32,000 nt of DNA from the NCBI RefSeq assembly GCF_000009705.1, contig NC_003272.1, forward strand, positions 6,210,001-6,242,000, written 5' to 3'. Made by a program: the position numbers and the translations under genes. Origin of the DNA: Nostoc sp. PCC 7120 = FACHB-418. GTDB lineage: Bacteria; Cyanobacteriota; Cyanobacteriia; Cyanobacteriales; Nostocaceae. Positions within the stretch are counted from its first letter, which is position 1, and every line of letters begins with the position of its first letter. Under the pieces are notes generated by a model, which saw nothing but the letters and a program-made list of their open reading frames with translations, had not been told where the DNA came from and made no database searches. This document shows, in pieces, positions 1 through 9,287 of this stretch.

Positions 1-848
1 TGATTTTTCACCATATTCCGCACCTGCAAATCCTCATACGCCACAAGGTCGTTAGACTTCACTACGCACCTTGCTGTCTTGACAGCAAAGTCTTTACGCT
101 GGCGACTTACTTTGAGATGCTTACGAGCAAGTTTATTTCTAAACTTAATTCTGTTTTGAGAACCCTTTTTGGTCTTAGACATCCGGCGTTGCAATCGTCT
201 CAAAGACTTTTCACTTTTGCGAAGATGTCTAGGATTGGCGACTGTTTCCCCGTTACTATCTGTATAAAAGTGGTTCAATCCCACATCAATGCCAATAGTT
301 TTACCCGTTGGTTTTCGCTTTTCTACTCGTTCATGGTCAATGCAAAACCGGCAATAATAGCCATCCGCACGACGCACAACCCGCACCCTTTTAAACTGTT
401 TAAGTTGGTAGAAATGCAGGTCACGGGTTCCCCAAAGCTTGAAAGTTCCTGCTTTAAATCCATCGGAGAAAGTGATGTACCTGCGGTCATCAGAAAGTCG
501 CCATCCACAAGTTTTGTACTCTACAGAACCGTGCGTTTGCTCTTTCTTGAACTTTGGGAATCCCTTTTTTCCTGGTTTCTTTTTCTTGCAGTTATCAAAA
601 AACCGAGCAATAGCAGACCACGCTCTTTCTGCACTGGCTTGACGAGCCATCGAGTTGAGATTTTTCGCAAACTCAAACTGTTGTGCTAACACAGCACAAT
701 ATGCGGAAAGCTCATATCTGCCTATATCTTTATTGTCCATCCAGTATCTCAGACAGCTATTACGAACAAAACGAGCAGTTCTAATCGCCTCATCTAGCGA
801 TTGATACTGCTCATCCAGTCCCTCAAGTTTTGCCTCAAATACCAGCAT
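1..848 (-). CDS. tnpB: IS200/IS605-family TnpB (OrfB, IS891/IS1341-type) RNA-guided nuclease, N-terminal ~282 codons; the 3' part continues beyond the left window edge
   Basis: My own minus-strand translation from the ATG (complement of cat 846-848) reads MLVFEAKLEGLDEQYQSLDEAIRTARFVRNSCLRYWMDNKDIG. It continues to TIGIDVGLNHFYTDSNGETV (RuvC-I Asp) and RKDFAVKTARCVVKSNDLVAYEDLQVRNMVKN (RuvC-II Glu). The frame stays open to position 1, which explains its absence from the ORF track. The + strand ORFs 117-689 and 439-642 are antisense shadows. Confidence 0.85.
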   Translation of the reverse strand, partial: MLVFEAKLEGLDEQYQSLDEAIRTARFVRNSCLRYWMDNKDIGRYELSAYCAVLAQQFEFAKNLNSMARQASAERAWSAIARFFDNCKKKKPGKKGFPKFKKEQTHGSVEYKTCGWRLSDDRRYITFSDGFKAGTFKLWGTRDLHFYQLKQFKRVRVVRRADGYYCRFCIDHERVEKRKPTGKTIGIDVGLNHFYTDSNGETVANPRHLRKSEKSLRRLQRRMSKTKKGSQNRIKFRNKLARKHLKVSRQRKDFAVKTARCVVKSNDLVAYEDLQVRNMVKN

Positions 849-1059
849 ATTTACGTCGCATTTGCTAATGTAAATTATGACGTAGATTTGCAAAAAACTC
901 AACGGTTCCCTCTCCCTTACTGGCTTGTAGCCAGTCATGGTCGGAGAACGTCTCGTTTTTTGCCCTGTCTACGACACGCTACGCGAACGATTCATCTCGC
1001 CGCCAAATCAAAGATTATGGCGGGAGCCTTCTCTCCGAATAAGGTAAAGCTGTATCCTT
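849..1059 (-). mobile_element. Putative left end (LE) and promoter region of the tnpB element; the exact boundary is not determinable
   Basis: This non-coding 211 nt lies upstream of tnpB and has subterminal-type hairpins. One is ACTGGC-ttgta-GCCAGT (919-935). The other is CTCGCCGCC-14 nt-GGCGGGAG (996-1026, 8 bp with one bulge). There is no room for a tnpA gene, so this is a tnpB-only element. Confidence 0.4.
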
Positions 1060-1578
1060 ATGGGTAAAAAATCAGTACCAGTCACACAAAGCAAAGCAAC
1101 ATTGGGAAATCAAATTCGTAGTATTGCCGATCGCCTCAAACAAGAAACTGAGGTACAAATAAAAGCAACCTCCCGTATTTTAGACGCTGCTGCTCAAATT
1201 TCGCAAAATCATGAGCGACTAATTAACGAAGTAGTTGAGATGGTTGAAGAAGACCTTGAGCAAGAAAGCCAGATTTATAACGTTGATATTCTGAAACAAC
1301 AGTTTAAAACATTACGTGAAGCCAAAGGTCACTTTAATTTGAAAGTCAATAGTTGGGAAGCTCTGGCTAACAAATTAAATGAACCGTCTTTGCAAGAGTG
1401 TTTCTTGGAGCAGAAACATCCGTCAGACGCTATCAGGAAAGAGGAACATGGACACAAGAAGATAGAAAAGATTACCGTTGGTTTACAGCCTGATGTTGCA
1501 GAAATTTTTCCTACTGAGGAAGCAGTAAATGAAGCTCTGCGTTTTTTAATCAGAATTACAAATAAACATCTTGATTAA
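1060..1578 (+). CDS. Hypothetical protein (172 aa), charged and helical; the C-terminal ITVGLQPDVAEIFPTEEAVNEALRFLIRI resembles tails of small RHH/antitoxin-like proteins
   Basis: Intact ORF with an ATG start and coiled-coil-like composition. I recognise no family with confidence. Confidence 0.55.
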   Translation: MGKKSVPVTQSKATLGNQIRSIADRLKQETEVQIKATSRILDAAAQISQNHERLINEVVEMVEEDLEQESQIYNVDILKQQFKTLREAKGHFNLKVNSWEALANKLNEPSLQECFLEQKHPSDAIRKEEHGHKKIEKITVGLQPDVAEIFPTEEAVNEALRFLIRITNKHLD

Positions 1579-1798
1579 TATCTTGAACTTTTGCTACTGG
1601 TTGAACTGTAACAGACACAGAAGTTTTCGCAAGTATATTGGCTTTGATTTGACCTTTAACAGAAGCGAGAGCAGGTTGTTGATTGAGTGAGACGCACTGC
1701 ATGAGCTTGATAAATAATACTTATGTCATGTTTGCCAACATTCTGCACATCAGCAGCTCTATGATAAATTGATGTGATTTAACAAAGACGGCTGTTTT

Positions 1799-2188
1799 AT
1801 GTCTGAAGTCAATTATCAACAGCCCATTAGTACAGTAGCTACTCTCATCGAGATGTACACTGCGGGAAGGCGTGATTTTAACCGCGCTGAATTGGGTGAT
1901 GCTAATTTACAAAATGTAGATATCAAAGGCTCTGACCTTAGCTACGCTGATTTAAGTACAGCTAATCTTAGAGGAGCCAACCTGAGGGGAACTGACTTAA
2001 GCTTTGCTGATTTAAGTCAAGCTGATTTGCAAGATGCTGATTTGCGAGGCGCATTATTAATGTCTGCCAATCTCCGCCAAGCTAACCTCCAGGGTGCAAA
2101 ATTAGAAAAAGCTGATTGCGATCGCAATACTCATTTTCCCGAAAATTTTGATCTCCTAAAAGCAGGCTTGCAACTCAAAGAACAATAA
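1799..2188 (+). CDS. Pentapeptide-repeat protein
   Basis: Consecutive A(D/N)LxX pentads: ANLQNVDIKGSDLSYADLSTANLRGANLRGTDLSFADLSQADLQDADLRGALLMSANLRQANLQGAKLEKAD. Confidence 0.9.
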   Translation: MSEVNYQQPISTVATLIEMYTAGRRDFNRAELGDANLQNVDIKGSDLSYADLSTANLRGANLRGTDLSFADLSQADLQDADLRGALLMSANLRQANLQGAKLEKADCDRNTHFPENFDLLKAGLQLKEQ

Positions 2189-2203
2189 AATATCCGGTAA
2201 GGT

Positions 2204-5200
2204 TTATTTGCGTCTAAGGAGTTGGGCGATCGCCTCAGCTAACTCTACTGGGTCGGCTGGTTTGGGTATATGCTTTTGAAAGCCTGCGGCAATGGCTTGT
2301 CTTTGATCAATTTCTCCAGCATAGGCAGTCAGAGCGATCGCTGGAATTTGTCCGCCTTGTTCTGGCGACCATTTTCTAATTTGCCGCAACAACATATAAC
2401 CATCAATTTGTGGCATCCCAATATCACTTAACAGTACATCTGGCTTTGAGCGAGCTAGAGCTTCCAATGCCTCTATCGCCGATGCTACCGCCGTCACACT
2501 TGCACCACACTGTTCTAGAGCAAAGCTAAAAAATTCCCGCACATCTTCCTGATCATCAACTAAAAGAATCTGCACACCAACCAATAGTGAGTCTTGATTC
2601 TCTAGTTCTGTAACCGCAGACTTAGCACTCTGCACTTGGTAATCAGCACTTTTATGCAAGGGTAACTTGACAGTAAAAGTTGCTCCCTGGTCTTCTCCGG
2701 CACTCTCAGCGACCACTGTACCACCGTGTAATTCTACAAGATGGTGGACAATGGCCAATCCCAAGCCCAAGCCACCGAATACCCTGGTTGTCTTGGCATC
2801 TGCTTGACGGAAGTATTCAAAGACATAAGGTAAAAATTCTGGTGTAATGCCTTTACCTGTGTCGATTACTTGAATTTGGGCATCTCGACCTACCTGTTCT
2901 AAACGCACATCCACCCGTCCTTCCGAGGGTGTAAACTTGACAGCATTCGAGACTAAATTCCAGATTACCTGTTGCAAGCGATCGCCATCACCCATCACCT
3001 GTACAGGTTCATCACTCAAGATGGTGTGGATTTCTATTGATTTTGCTTCGGCGGCTAAACGGACTGTTTCTAACCCAGCTTGAACTGTGTTTCTCAAATC
3101 TACTAGACAAACATTCAAATTCAGCTTACCGCGTAAGATACGGGAAACATCTAATAAGTCGTCAATGAGTTGAGTTTGTAACTTGGCGTTACGCTCGATT
3201 GTTTCCAAACCTTGCTTGATCGTCTCTTCCTTATATGTGCGCGTGCGGAGTAACTTAGCCCAACCCATGATGGGATTGAGGGGGGTACGCAATTCATGGG
3301 ACAGAACCGCCAAAAATTCATCTTTAATCCGGTTAGTGGATTCGGCTATAGCTCTGGCATTTTTTTCTGCTTCATACAGTTGAGAGCGAGCGATCGCCTG
3401 AGCGCATTGTTGACCCAATGTCAACATAAATTTTTGCTGTTCTTCGTTAAATTTTTGGGCTGTGGCAAAGCTCAATGCCATCACCCCAATTGTCTGCTGT
3501 TCGACAATGAGAGGAATACAAGCAAAGGCGCAATTACCCGTAAGTGAAGGGACGTTAGCAATTTGCGGATATTTGGCGGCAAATTCTTCGATGTTGGCTA
3601 AAAAAATCGCTTCCCCTGTCCTAGCTGTTTCCGCAATTGGTACAGTTGCAGTCAGAGGGAAAGTTTCCCACGCATCTTGTACCGATTCTGGGTAGCCAAT
3701 GGCTTGGATGATTTTCAGGGTAGTACCGCCTTCAGTTAACAGAACCACAGAACCAGCAGATGCTCCCAAAGCTGCCAATCCTTGATTTACTACCACATCA
3801 GCAACTTGTTGGGGAGTGAGGGCTTCGGACAGAGATGCCGTGATGCTTTGTAAACGTACCATCCGGCTCATTGCTAACTCGGCGGCTTGTTTCGCCTGCT
3901 GAGTTTCCTGATACAGTCTGGCATTCTCAATGGCTGTAGCTGCTCGTCGGGCAATATCTTCTGCCAATGCCAAATCTGTTTGTTTGAATTGCCTGCCTGA
4001 AATACTAGTAACAAAGGAAATGACTCCAAATATTTGCTCCCGTGAGTAAAGGGGAACCACCATCAGCGATCGCATTTCCAAGTTTTGCAATAATTGTAGA
4101 TGTCGTTCATCCTTTGCCATCTCTACCAAAATCGAGTTTGGCAGTTCAGGATAAAAAGCAGATTCTCCTTTGAGGAGTTTATCCCGAAACGGGTGTTCGC
4201 CTTTGGTTCCCGGTGGATATGAATAGCGAATTTCTTCTATAGTATCCAGTTTTGCAGAGTCAATACAGGCGATCGCTACACGCTTAATTGACCAGTCGGC
4301 TTGGAGAATATCTACAGTACACCAATCAGCAATGGTAGGTACTGCCAAATGAGCCACATTATTCAGGGCAACCTCATAATCTAAAGAAGCAGCTAAAAGA
4401 GTGCTGGCTTCAACTAAAAAGTTTTGTGCGGCTTCTGCTTGTTTGCGCTCATTAATATCTTCAATAATACCCAACGCATATTTAGGTTCTCCCTGCTCAT
4501 TCCACACGGCTGATGCAGTCAGATTCACCCAAACAGTTGTGCCATCTTTGCGGAGATAACGCTTTTCTAAAGAGTAACCATTAATTTCCCTGGCTAATAC
4601 TTGCTTGGCGTATACCCAATCAGCTTCCACATCATCAGGGTGGGTAATGTCGGAAAACTTCATCTGACTTAACTCTTCAGAACTATAACCGGTAATGTCA
4701 CATAAAGCCTGATTATTTTGCAGAAATTGACCATCTAACGTAACTAATGTAATACCCACAGCTGCTTGATCAAACATTGCTCGGAAGCGTTCTTCACTTT
4801 CTCGCAAAGCAATTTCTACTTGCTTAGTAGCTGTTACCTCTGCCAGGATAATTCCAATGCCGACCGTTTTGCCCATGCTGTCGTAGACTGGGTAATAATT
4901 ACCCAACCAATAACTATTTATTTCGGGTCTTCCCAGCGCCTCACCACTAACCTCCAAATTCAACAGAGGTTGTCCCGTCTCCAATACTTGTTGTAATTGC
5001 GCTTCAAATTGCTCTGCCATCTTGGGTAGAACATCCCGAAATTTCCGTCCCAGATGTTCCTCTATACTCAAGCCATTGACATCAGCTAATACTTGATTAA
5101 TGCGGATATATCGTAATTCCTTATCCAGAAAACAGACCGCCACAGGTGCGCCTGCCAACAAGGCATCTAAAAGCGCCAAAGATTCAGCGTAATGTTTTAA

Positions 5201-6898
5201 AGCTTGGTGAGCATCTCGATATAGTTGAGCATTCTCTATCGCTAGGGCAGCACGATAGGCAATATCTTTGGCTAAAGTTAAGTCGGATTGATTGTAGCTA
5301 CGACCCGATTCAGCACTGACAAAGGTTATACATCCCAGCACTTGCTCATGTGCTATTAAAGGTAAAAACATGAGCGATTTAATTCCTATCTGCCGCACCA
5401 AGTCCAGATGTTCCTCATTTTGCGTTGCTGCTGCTAAAAGAGAATCTGGTATGTCTGCAACTAATAAGGGTTCCCCAGTTTGTAATACTTTAGCAACTAA
5501 ACTCGCGCTCCCTGATTTTGGCGCATATTCCTGAAACAACCTTGCCAATTCTGCTTTTGCTGGGTCTACATGAGCAATAGGTAAGCGGCGAATCGAGCCA
5601 TCTTGGTTGATAATATCAATACTGCACCAGTCTGCTAGTTGAGGGACTGATATTTTCGCAATCTTTGCCAAAGTTTGCTCGTAATCCAAAGAACTAGAGA
5701 GTATGTTACTAGTTTGAGCAATGTACCTCAGCGCATCCTCAGCTTGCTTTCGTTCTGTAATATCAAGACCAGTTACCCCAACTCCCAGCAGTTTCCCATC
5801 TGGTAAACACACTGGATAGTAGTTAACCAAGCTACAGCGATGTACTCCCGATGGATAGGTTACACCACATACTTCTTGATTTATGAGTGGTTCCTTGGTT
5901 GCCATTACTTGTTGGAGAATAGGCTCCAGTTGTGTTGCCCATTCTGGCAATACTTCCCTCAAGGTGCGCCCAATGTGTTGACTTTGGGGTATACCGTTAA
6001 TTGCTGCCAGAGCTTCATTAGTATAAACGTAACGTAGTTTTGTATCTAAAAAAGCTAGGGCTACAGGTGAGCTGGCCAGCCAAGCATTCAATAATGCCAG
6101 ATATTCATCTTGTTGCTGAATAGCTTTTTGGAGTTTACGCTGTAATTTAGCCTTCTCTAGCTCTGAGCGCTTGCGTTCAGTAATGTCTACGGCTGCACAG
6201 GTAATACCCTGAATTTGACCATTAATGGTCAGGGGTTCGGCTAACAAATCATAGTAAACTACTTCTCCGTGAAAAATTACAGATACTTCCTCATGGACGG
6301 AGATATCTTTCTCTAATACTTTTTGCTTAATTGCTGTTAGTTTTTCTGCCACTGAGGTGGGGAACAATTCATTGTCTGACTTGCCAATGATTTCTTCCGC
6401 AGAGGCTACACCCCGATAATTATGAATCCATCGATACCGCAAATCCCGATCCTGTTGAAAAACCACGATATCCGAATTGCTCAACGCTAATCGAAATCGC
6501 TCCTCGCTCTGCCTAAGTTTCTGTAAATTAACTACATCTTGCTTTTTAGTATTTCTCAAGGTTTCACAGATGAAACTGAAAAACCATCCTTGTACAGCAA
6601 ATAGCCCTATTCTAACTACATTATAAGTATCAATAGATAGAGTATATCTTGGGTGAAAAAAGAAGTAATTACTGAGTATTACAGATAAGAAAGTTCCTAA
6701 CATTCCTGACCAAAAACCCCCATACCAAGCACTGAGCATGACAGCGCTAAAGAATAATAAAAAAGGAGTCCTGGTCATCCCTAGCCAAGGGTCTAACAAT
6801 AGCATCAGCGCACAAGCCAGTGCGACAGAAAATATGACAATTCCAAAACGTAGTAATGCAGAAATAGGAATATTAGGCATGAAAATGACTTGCGACAA
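2204..6898 (-). CDS. Multi-sensor hybrid histidine kinase (N-terminal membrane DUF4118-like domain, several PAS and GAF domains, HisKA, HATPase_c, C-terminal receiver)
   Basis: The H-box is LAVLSHELRTPLNPI. The ATP-binding G-boxes are DTGKGI and GGLGLGLAIV. The receiver is ILLVDDQEDV...LLSDIGMPQIDGY...KPADP. The ORF-track start at 6898 is TTG; the ATG at 6880 (MPNIPISALL) is the more likely start. Confidence 0.9.
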   Translation of the reverse strand: MSQVIFMPNIPISALLRFGIVIFSVALACALMLLLDPWLGMTRTPFLLFFSAVMLSAWYGGFWSGMLGTFLSVILSNYFFFHPRYTLSIDTYNVVRIGLFAVQGWFFSFICETLRNTKKQDVVNLQKLRQSEERFRLALSNSDIVVFQQDRDLRYRWIHNYRGVASAEEIIGKSDNELFPTSVAEKLTAIKQKVLEKDISVHEEVSVIFHGEVVYYDLLAEPLTINGQIQGITCAAVDITERKRSELEKAKLQRKLQKAIQQQDEYLALLNAWLASSPVALAFLDTKLRYVYTNEALAAINGIPQSQHIGRTLREVLPEWATQLEPILQQVMATKEPLINQEVCGVTYPSGVHRCSLVNYYPVCLPDGKLLGVGVTGLDITERKQAEDALRYIAQTSNILSSSLDYEQTLAKIAKISVPQLADWCSIDIINQDGSIRRLPIAHVDPAKAELARLFQEYAPKSGSASLVAKVLQTGEPLLVADIPDSLLAAATQNEEHLDLVRQIGIKSLMFLPLIAHEQVLGCITFVSAESGRSYNQSDLTLAKDIAYRAALAIENAQLYRDAHQALKHYAESLALLDALLAGAPVAVCFLDKELRYIRINQVLADVNGLSIEEHLGRKFRDVLPKMAEQFEAQLQQVLETGQPLLNLEVSGEALGRPEINSYWLGNYYPVYDSMGKTVGIGIILAEVTATKQVEIALRESEERFRAMFDQAAVGITLVTLDGQFLQNNQALCDITGYSSEELSQMKFSDITHPDDVEADWVYAKQVLAREINGYSLEKRYLRKDGTTVWVNLTASAVWNEQGEPKYALGIIEDINERKQAEAAQNFLVEASTLLAASLDYEVALNNVAHLAVPTIADWCTVDILQADWSIKRVAIACIDSAKLDTIEEIRYSYPPGTKGEHPFRDKLLKGESAFYPELPNSILVEMAKDERHLQLLQNLEMRSLMVVPLYSREQIFGVISFVTSISGRQFKQTDLALAEDIARRAATAIENARLYQETQQAKQAAELAMSRMVRLQSITASLSEALTPQQVADVVVNQGLAALGASAGSVVLLTEGGTTLKIIQAIGYPESVQDAWETFPLTATVPIAETARTGEAIFLANIEEFAAKYPQIANVPSLTGNCAFACIPLIVEQQTIGVMALSFATAQKFNEEQQKFMLTLGQQCAQAIARSQLYEAEKNARAIAESTNRIKDEFLAVLSHELRTPLNPIMGWAKLLRTRTYKEETIKQGLETIERNAKLQTQLIDDLLDVSRILRGKLNLNVCLVDLRNTVQAGLETVRLAAEAKSIEIHTILSDEPVQVMGDGDRLQQVIWNLVSNAVKFTPSEGRVDVRLEQVGRDAQIQVIDTGKGITPEFLPYVFEYFRQADAKTTRVFGGLGLGLAIVHHLVELHGGTVVAESAGEDQGATFTVKLPLHKSADYQVQSAKSAVTELENQDSLLVGVQILLVDDQEDVREFFSFALEQCGASVTAVASAIEALEALARSKPDVLLSDIGMPQIDGYMLLRQIRKWSPEQGGQIPAIALTAYAGEIDQRQAIAAGFQKHIPKPADPVELAEAIAQLLRRK

Positions 6899-7310
6899 CT
6901 AATACTTGTTGCAGAGCTTATACTTAACCTAAGCTAGTTTGCAAGTTTTAGGTACTCGTCTTCAGATAGATTATCGTATCAGATAAAAAAACTTCTTTTG
7001 GTTAGATGCTAATTTTTTCTTAATGTAGTAATAGAACAAAATTCATCATATTTGGGCAATCTCAAAAGTCACCCTCCTTATTGTTATCAAATATGAGGTT
7101 TTGTTTCAAGGAAGATCAATACTTGACGAAAATCAATTTTATATAAAACTCCTAAAGTAATTGGGCAATCTAAATTATTGCTGAGAAAGTGATAAAAAAT
7201 ATGCTGCAAATTCCCTTGAATTTCTCAGCCAAGCTTTAGGACTGCATCACTTAAGACTGAGTGAATACCCTGATACTAAGAGCAGTACACTAAAGTAACT
7301 GTTAACACTT

Positions 7311-8723
7311 ATGCAGCAAGCATCTCATCCCACAGTCATCCTGGGTGGTGGCTTTGCTGGACTGTTTACGGCTCTGCACTTAAGCCAGCAAAATTACTCC
7401 TATCCAATTATTTTAATAGAACAGCGCGATCGCTTTAGCTTCAAACCATTATTGTATGAATTACTGAGCGGCGAACTGCATAGTCAACAAGTATATCCTC
7501 GTTATCAAGAGCTGTTAGCTGGTAGCAAAGTTAAGTTTGTCCAAGACACGGTGCAATCGATTGATATACATCAGCAGAGAGTTGATACCGTCTCTGGTCA
7601 AGCCTTCCACTACAGCAACTTGATATTAGCACTCGGTAGCAAAACAACTTATTTTGCTACTCCCGGAGCGGCAGAATATGCAATGCCCTTTACTTCTGGG
7701 GAACAGGCGATCGCACTCCGCCAACACTTGCGTCATAAGTTATATCAAGCCATTCAAACATCCGACTCAGAACGTCGTCGCCTACTGTTAACTGTGGCCA
7801 TCATTGGTGCTGGGCCATCTGGTATTGAATTGGCCTGTACATTAGCCGATTTACTCCCCATTTGGTACGACGAGTTGGGCGGTGATGGTAGTGAAATTCA
7901 TGTTGTCCTCGTCAACCGCAGTCGGGAAATTCTCAAAGGCGATGTTAATAGCCATTTGCGCTGCACTGTCGAACGCGCCATGAAAAATCGCCTCATTCCC
8001 GTGGACTTTTTATTTGATGCTGCTGTCACGAAAATTACCCCTGACGGTGTAGAGTGTCGGCGACATGGGCAAATACAGATGTTACAGGCAGGAACGATCG
8101 CTTGGACTGCTGGTACTGCACCTCATCCTTTATTAATGGAATTACCCGTTTCTCAAAATCGAGGGCGGTTACTGGTAAAACCTACATTGCAACTGTCCAA
8201 TTTTCCCGAAATCTTCGCGGCGGGTGACTGTGCCACAGATAGCGATCATCCCCAACCACCCACAGCCCAAGTAGCCTATCAACAAGGAATTGCGATCGCT
8301 CAAAATCTCCAACGAATCAGCCAAAACAAACCAACCATTCCCGTACAAGTCCAACTGCGCGGCACTTTGATGAAACTAGGACTCAACGAAGGTGTTGCCA
8401 ACTTATTCAACAAAGTGCAAATCAAAGGACAAGCAGGCCATTTGATTCGAGAAGGAACATATTTACAACTACTACCCAACTCTGCTCACAACCTGAAAGT
8501 TACAACCGAGTGGCTAACAGACGAATTATTTCAGCGTCACCGTGCTGTTACCCCCATGCAGCTGGGACAAACACCTTGGTTGTCTGGAGTCGCCACCACC
8601 GTAGCTGCACTAATTTTTGCCACCCCCCTAGTTTGGCGAGTAGCCCAACCTGCCCAATTTCAGCAAAACCTGAGTTGGACAGGCGTTCCCACCTTACTCA
8701 ATTACCTAACACCCAGCCGCTAA
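7311..8723 (+). CDS. Type II NADH:quinone oxidoreductase-like flavoprotein (NDH-2 / Ndb family) with a hydrophobic C-terminal segment
   Basis: There are two dinucleotide-binding motifs, VILGGGFAGL and IIGAGPSGIELA, plus AAGDCA near the C-terminal third. I cannot assign a paralogue (NdbA/B/C). Confidence 0.8.
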   Translation: MQQASHPTVILGGGFAGLFTALHLSQQNYSYPIILIEQRDRFSFKPLLYELLSGELHSQQVYPRYQELLAGSKVKFVQDTVQSIDIHQQRVDTVSGQAFHYSNLILALGSKTTYFATPGAAEYAMPFTSGEQAIALRQHLRHKLYQAIQTSDSERRRLLLTVAIIGAGPSGIELACTLADLLPIWYDELGGDGSEIHVVLVNRSREILKGDVNSHLRCTVERAMKNRLIPVDFLFDAAVTKITPDGVECRRHGQIQMLQAGTIAWTAGTAPHPLLMELPVSQNRGRLLVKPTLQLSNFPEIFAAGDCATDSDHPQPPTAQVAYQQGIAIAQNLQRISQNKPTIPVQVQLRGTLMKLGLNEGVANLFNKVQIKGQAGHLIREGTYLQLLPNSAHNLKVTTEWLTDELFQRHRAVTPMQLGQTPWLSGVATTVAALIFATPLVWRVAQPAQFQQNLSWTGVPTLLNYLTPSR

Positions 8724-8727
8724 ATTC

Positions 8728-9243
8728 ATGAAGAAATACCTACTCAACCTCCACACAGCCGTTACCGTCAATCGCATCACCATCGGCTTGTTCTTCTTCC
8801 TCTCCGGTATTGCCAACTACTTAAATTTCAGTGTTCCTAACGGTTTCTACCAAACAGTCATAACTCAAAAACTGCAAATAATTGGCCCTGGAATTCCCCC
8901 AGGATGGGAAGGTGTAGGGCCGCTACCTTGGTTAATAGCGGTTCCTTATGCTTGGTCGTTACCTTTAGCAGAAATCGTCCTGGGAGTCTTGTTTGCCCTC
9001 AACTATTGGGTGCGGTGGACAGGTTTATTATTAATTCTCATGACATTTAGCATCATTCTCGCATTTGGTATTGTTCCCGCAGGTAGCCTATTTCCCAATG
9101 GTGCAGAGAGCTTTAACAAAAACATTCTCTTCATGACCTTAATTTGGATGTGCATTGCCTACGATGCTTACGAACAAAAAATGAGCCGTCGTCGTAGTCA
9201 AGCAATGGCTGATTATGCTGTTACGGCTACTGACGAAGAATAG
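8728..9243 (+). CDS. DoxX-like small integral membrane protein
   Basis: About 4 TM segments. NRITIGLFFFLSGIANYL and AEIVLGVLFALNYWVRWTGLLL resemble the DoxX pattern. The start is 4 nt after the NDH-2 stop, so the two are likely co-transcribed. Confidence 0.5.
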   Translation: MKKYLLNLHTAVTVNRITIGLFFFLSGIANYLNFSVPNGFYQTVITQKLQIIGPGIPPGWEGVGPLPWLIAVPYAWSLPLAEIVLGVLFALNYWVRWTGLLLILMTFSIILAFGIVPAGSLFPNGAESFNKNILFMTLIWMCIAYDAYEQKMSRRRSQAMADYAVTATDEE

Positions 9244-9287
9244 GCGAAGATGGTCATAGCAGAGGATTTTGACGGTATTCAAAATAC

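Noticed and set aside
272-282. GGTTCAATCCC, resembling a tRNA T-arm
   Set aside because: It lies within the tnpB coding frame, where its complement encodes ..GLNH.. next to the RuvC Asp. No acceptor or anticodon arms can be built around it.
117-689. The + strand ORFs 117-689, 439-642 and the minus ORF 323-508
   Set aside because: They lie inside or antisense to the well-supported tnpB reading frame on the minus strand. Their translations are low-complexity with no recognisable motifs.
801-1067. ORF 801-1067 (+), 88 aa
   Set aside because: It spans the tnpB start and the hairpin-rich IS end. It is probably a non-coding region read by chance.
2189-2203. Only 15 nt between the convergent stops of the pentapeptide gene and the kinase, with no terminator
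   Set aside because: It is noted under the kinase finding. By itself, a short convergent gap is not unusual.
3183-6037. Several 65-83 aa + strand ORFs inside the histidine kinase gene
   Set aside because: They are antisense shadows of a long, domain-rich gene with no independent signals.
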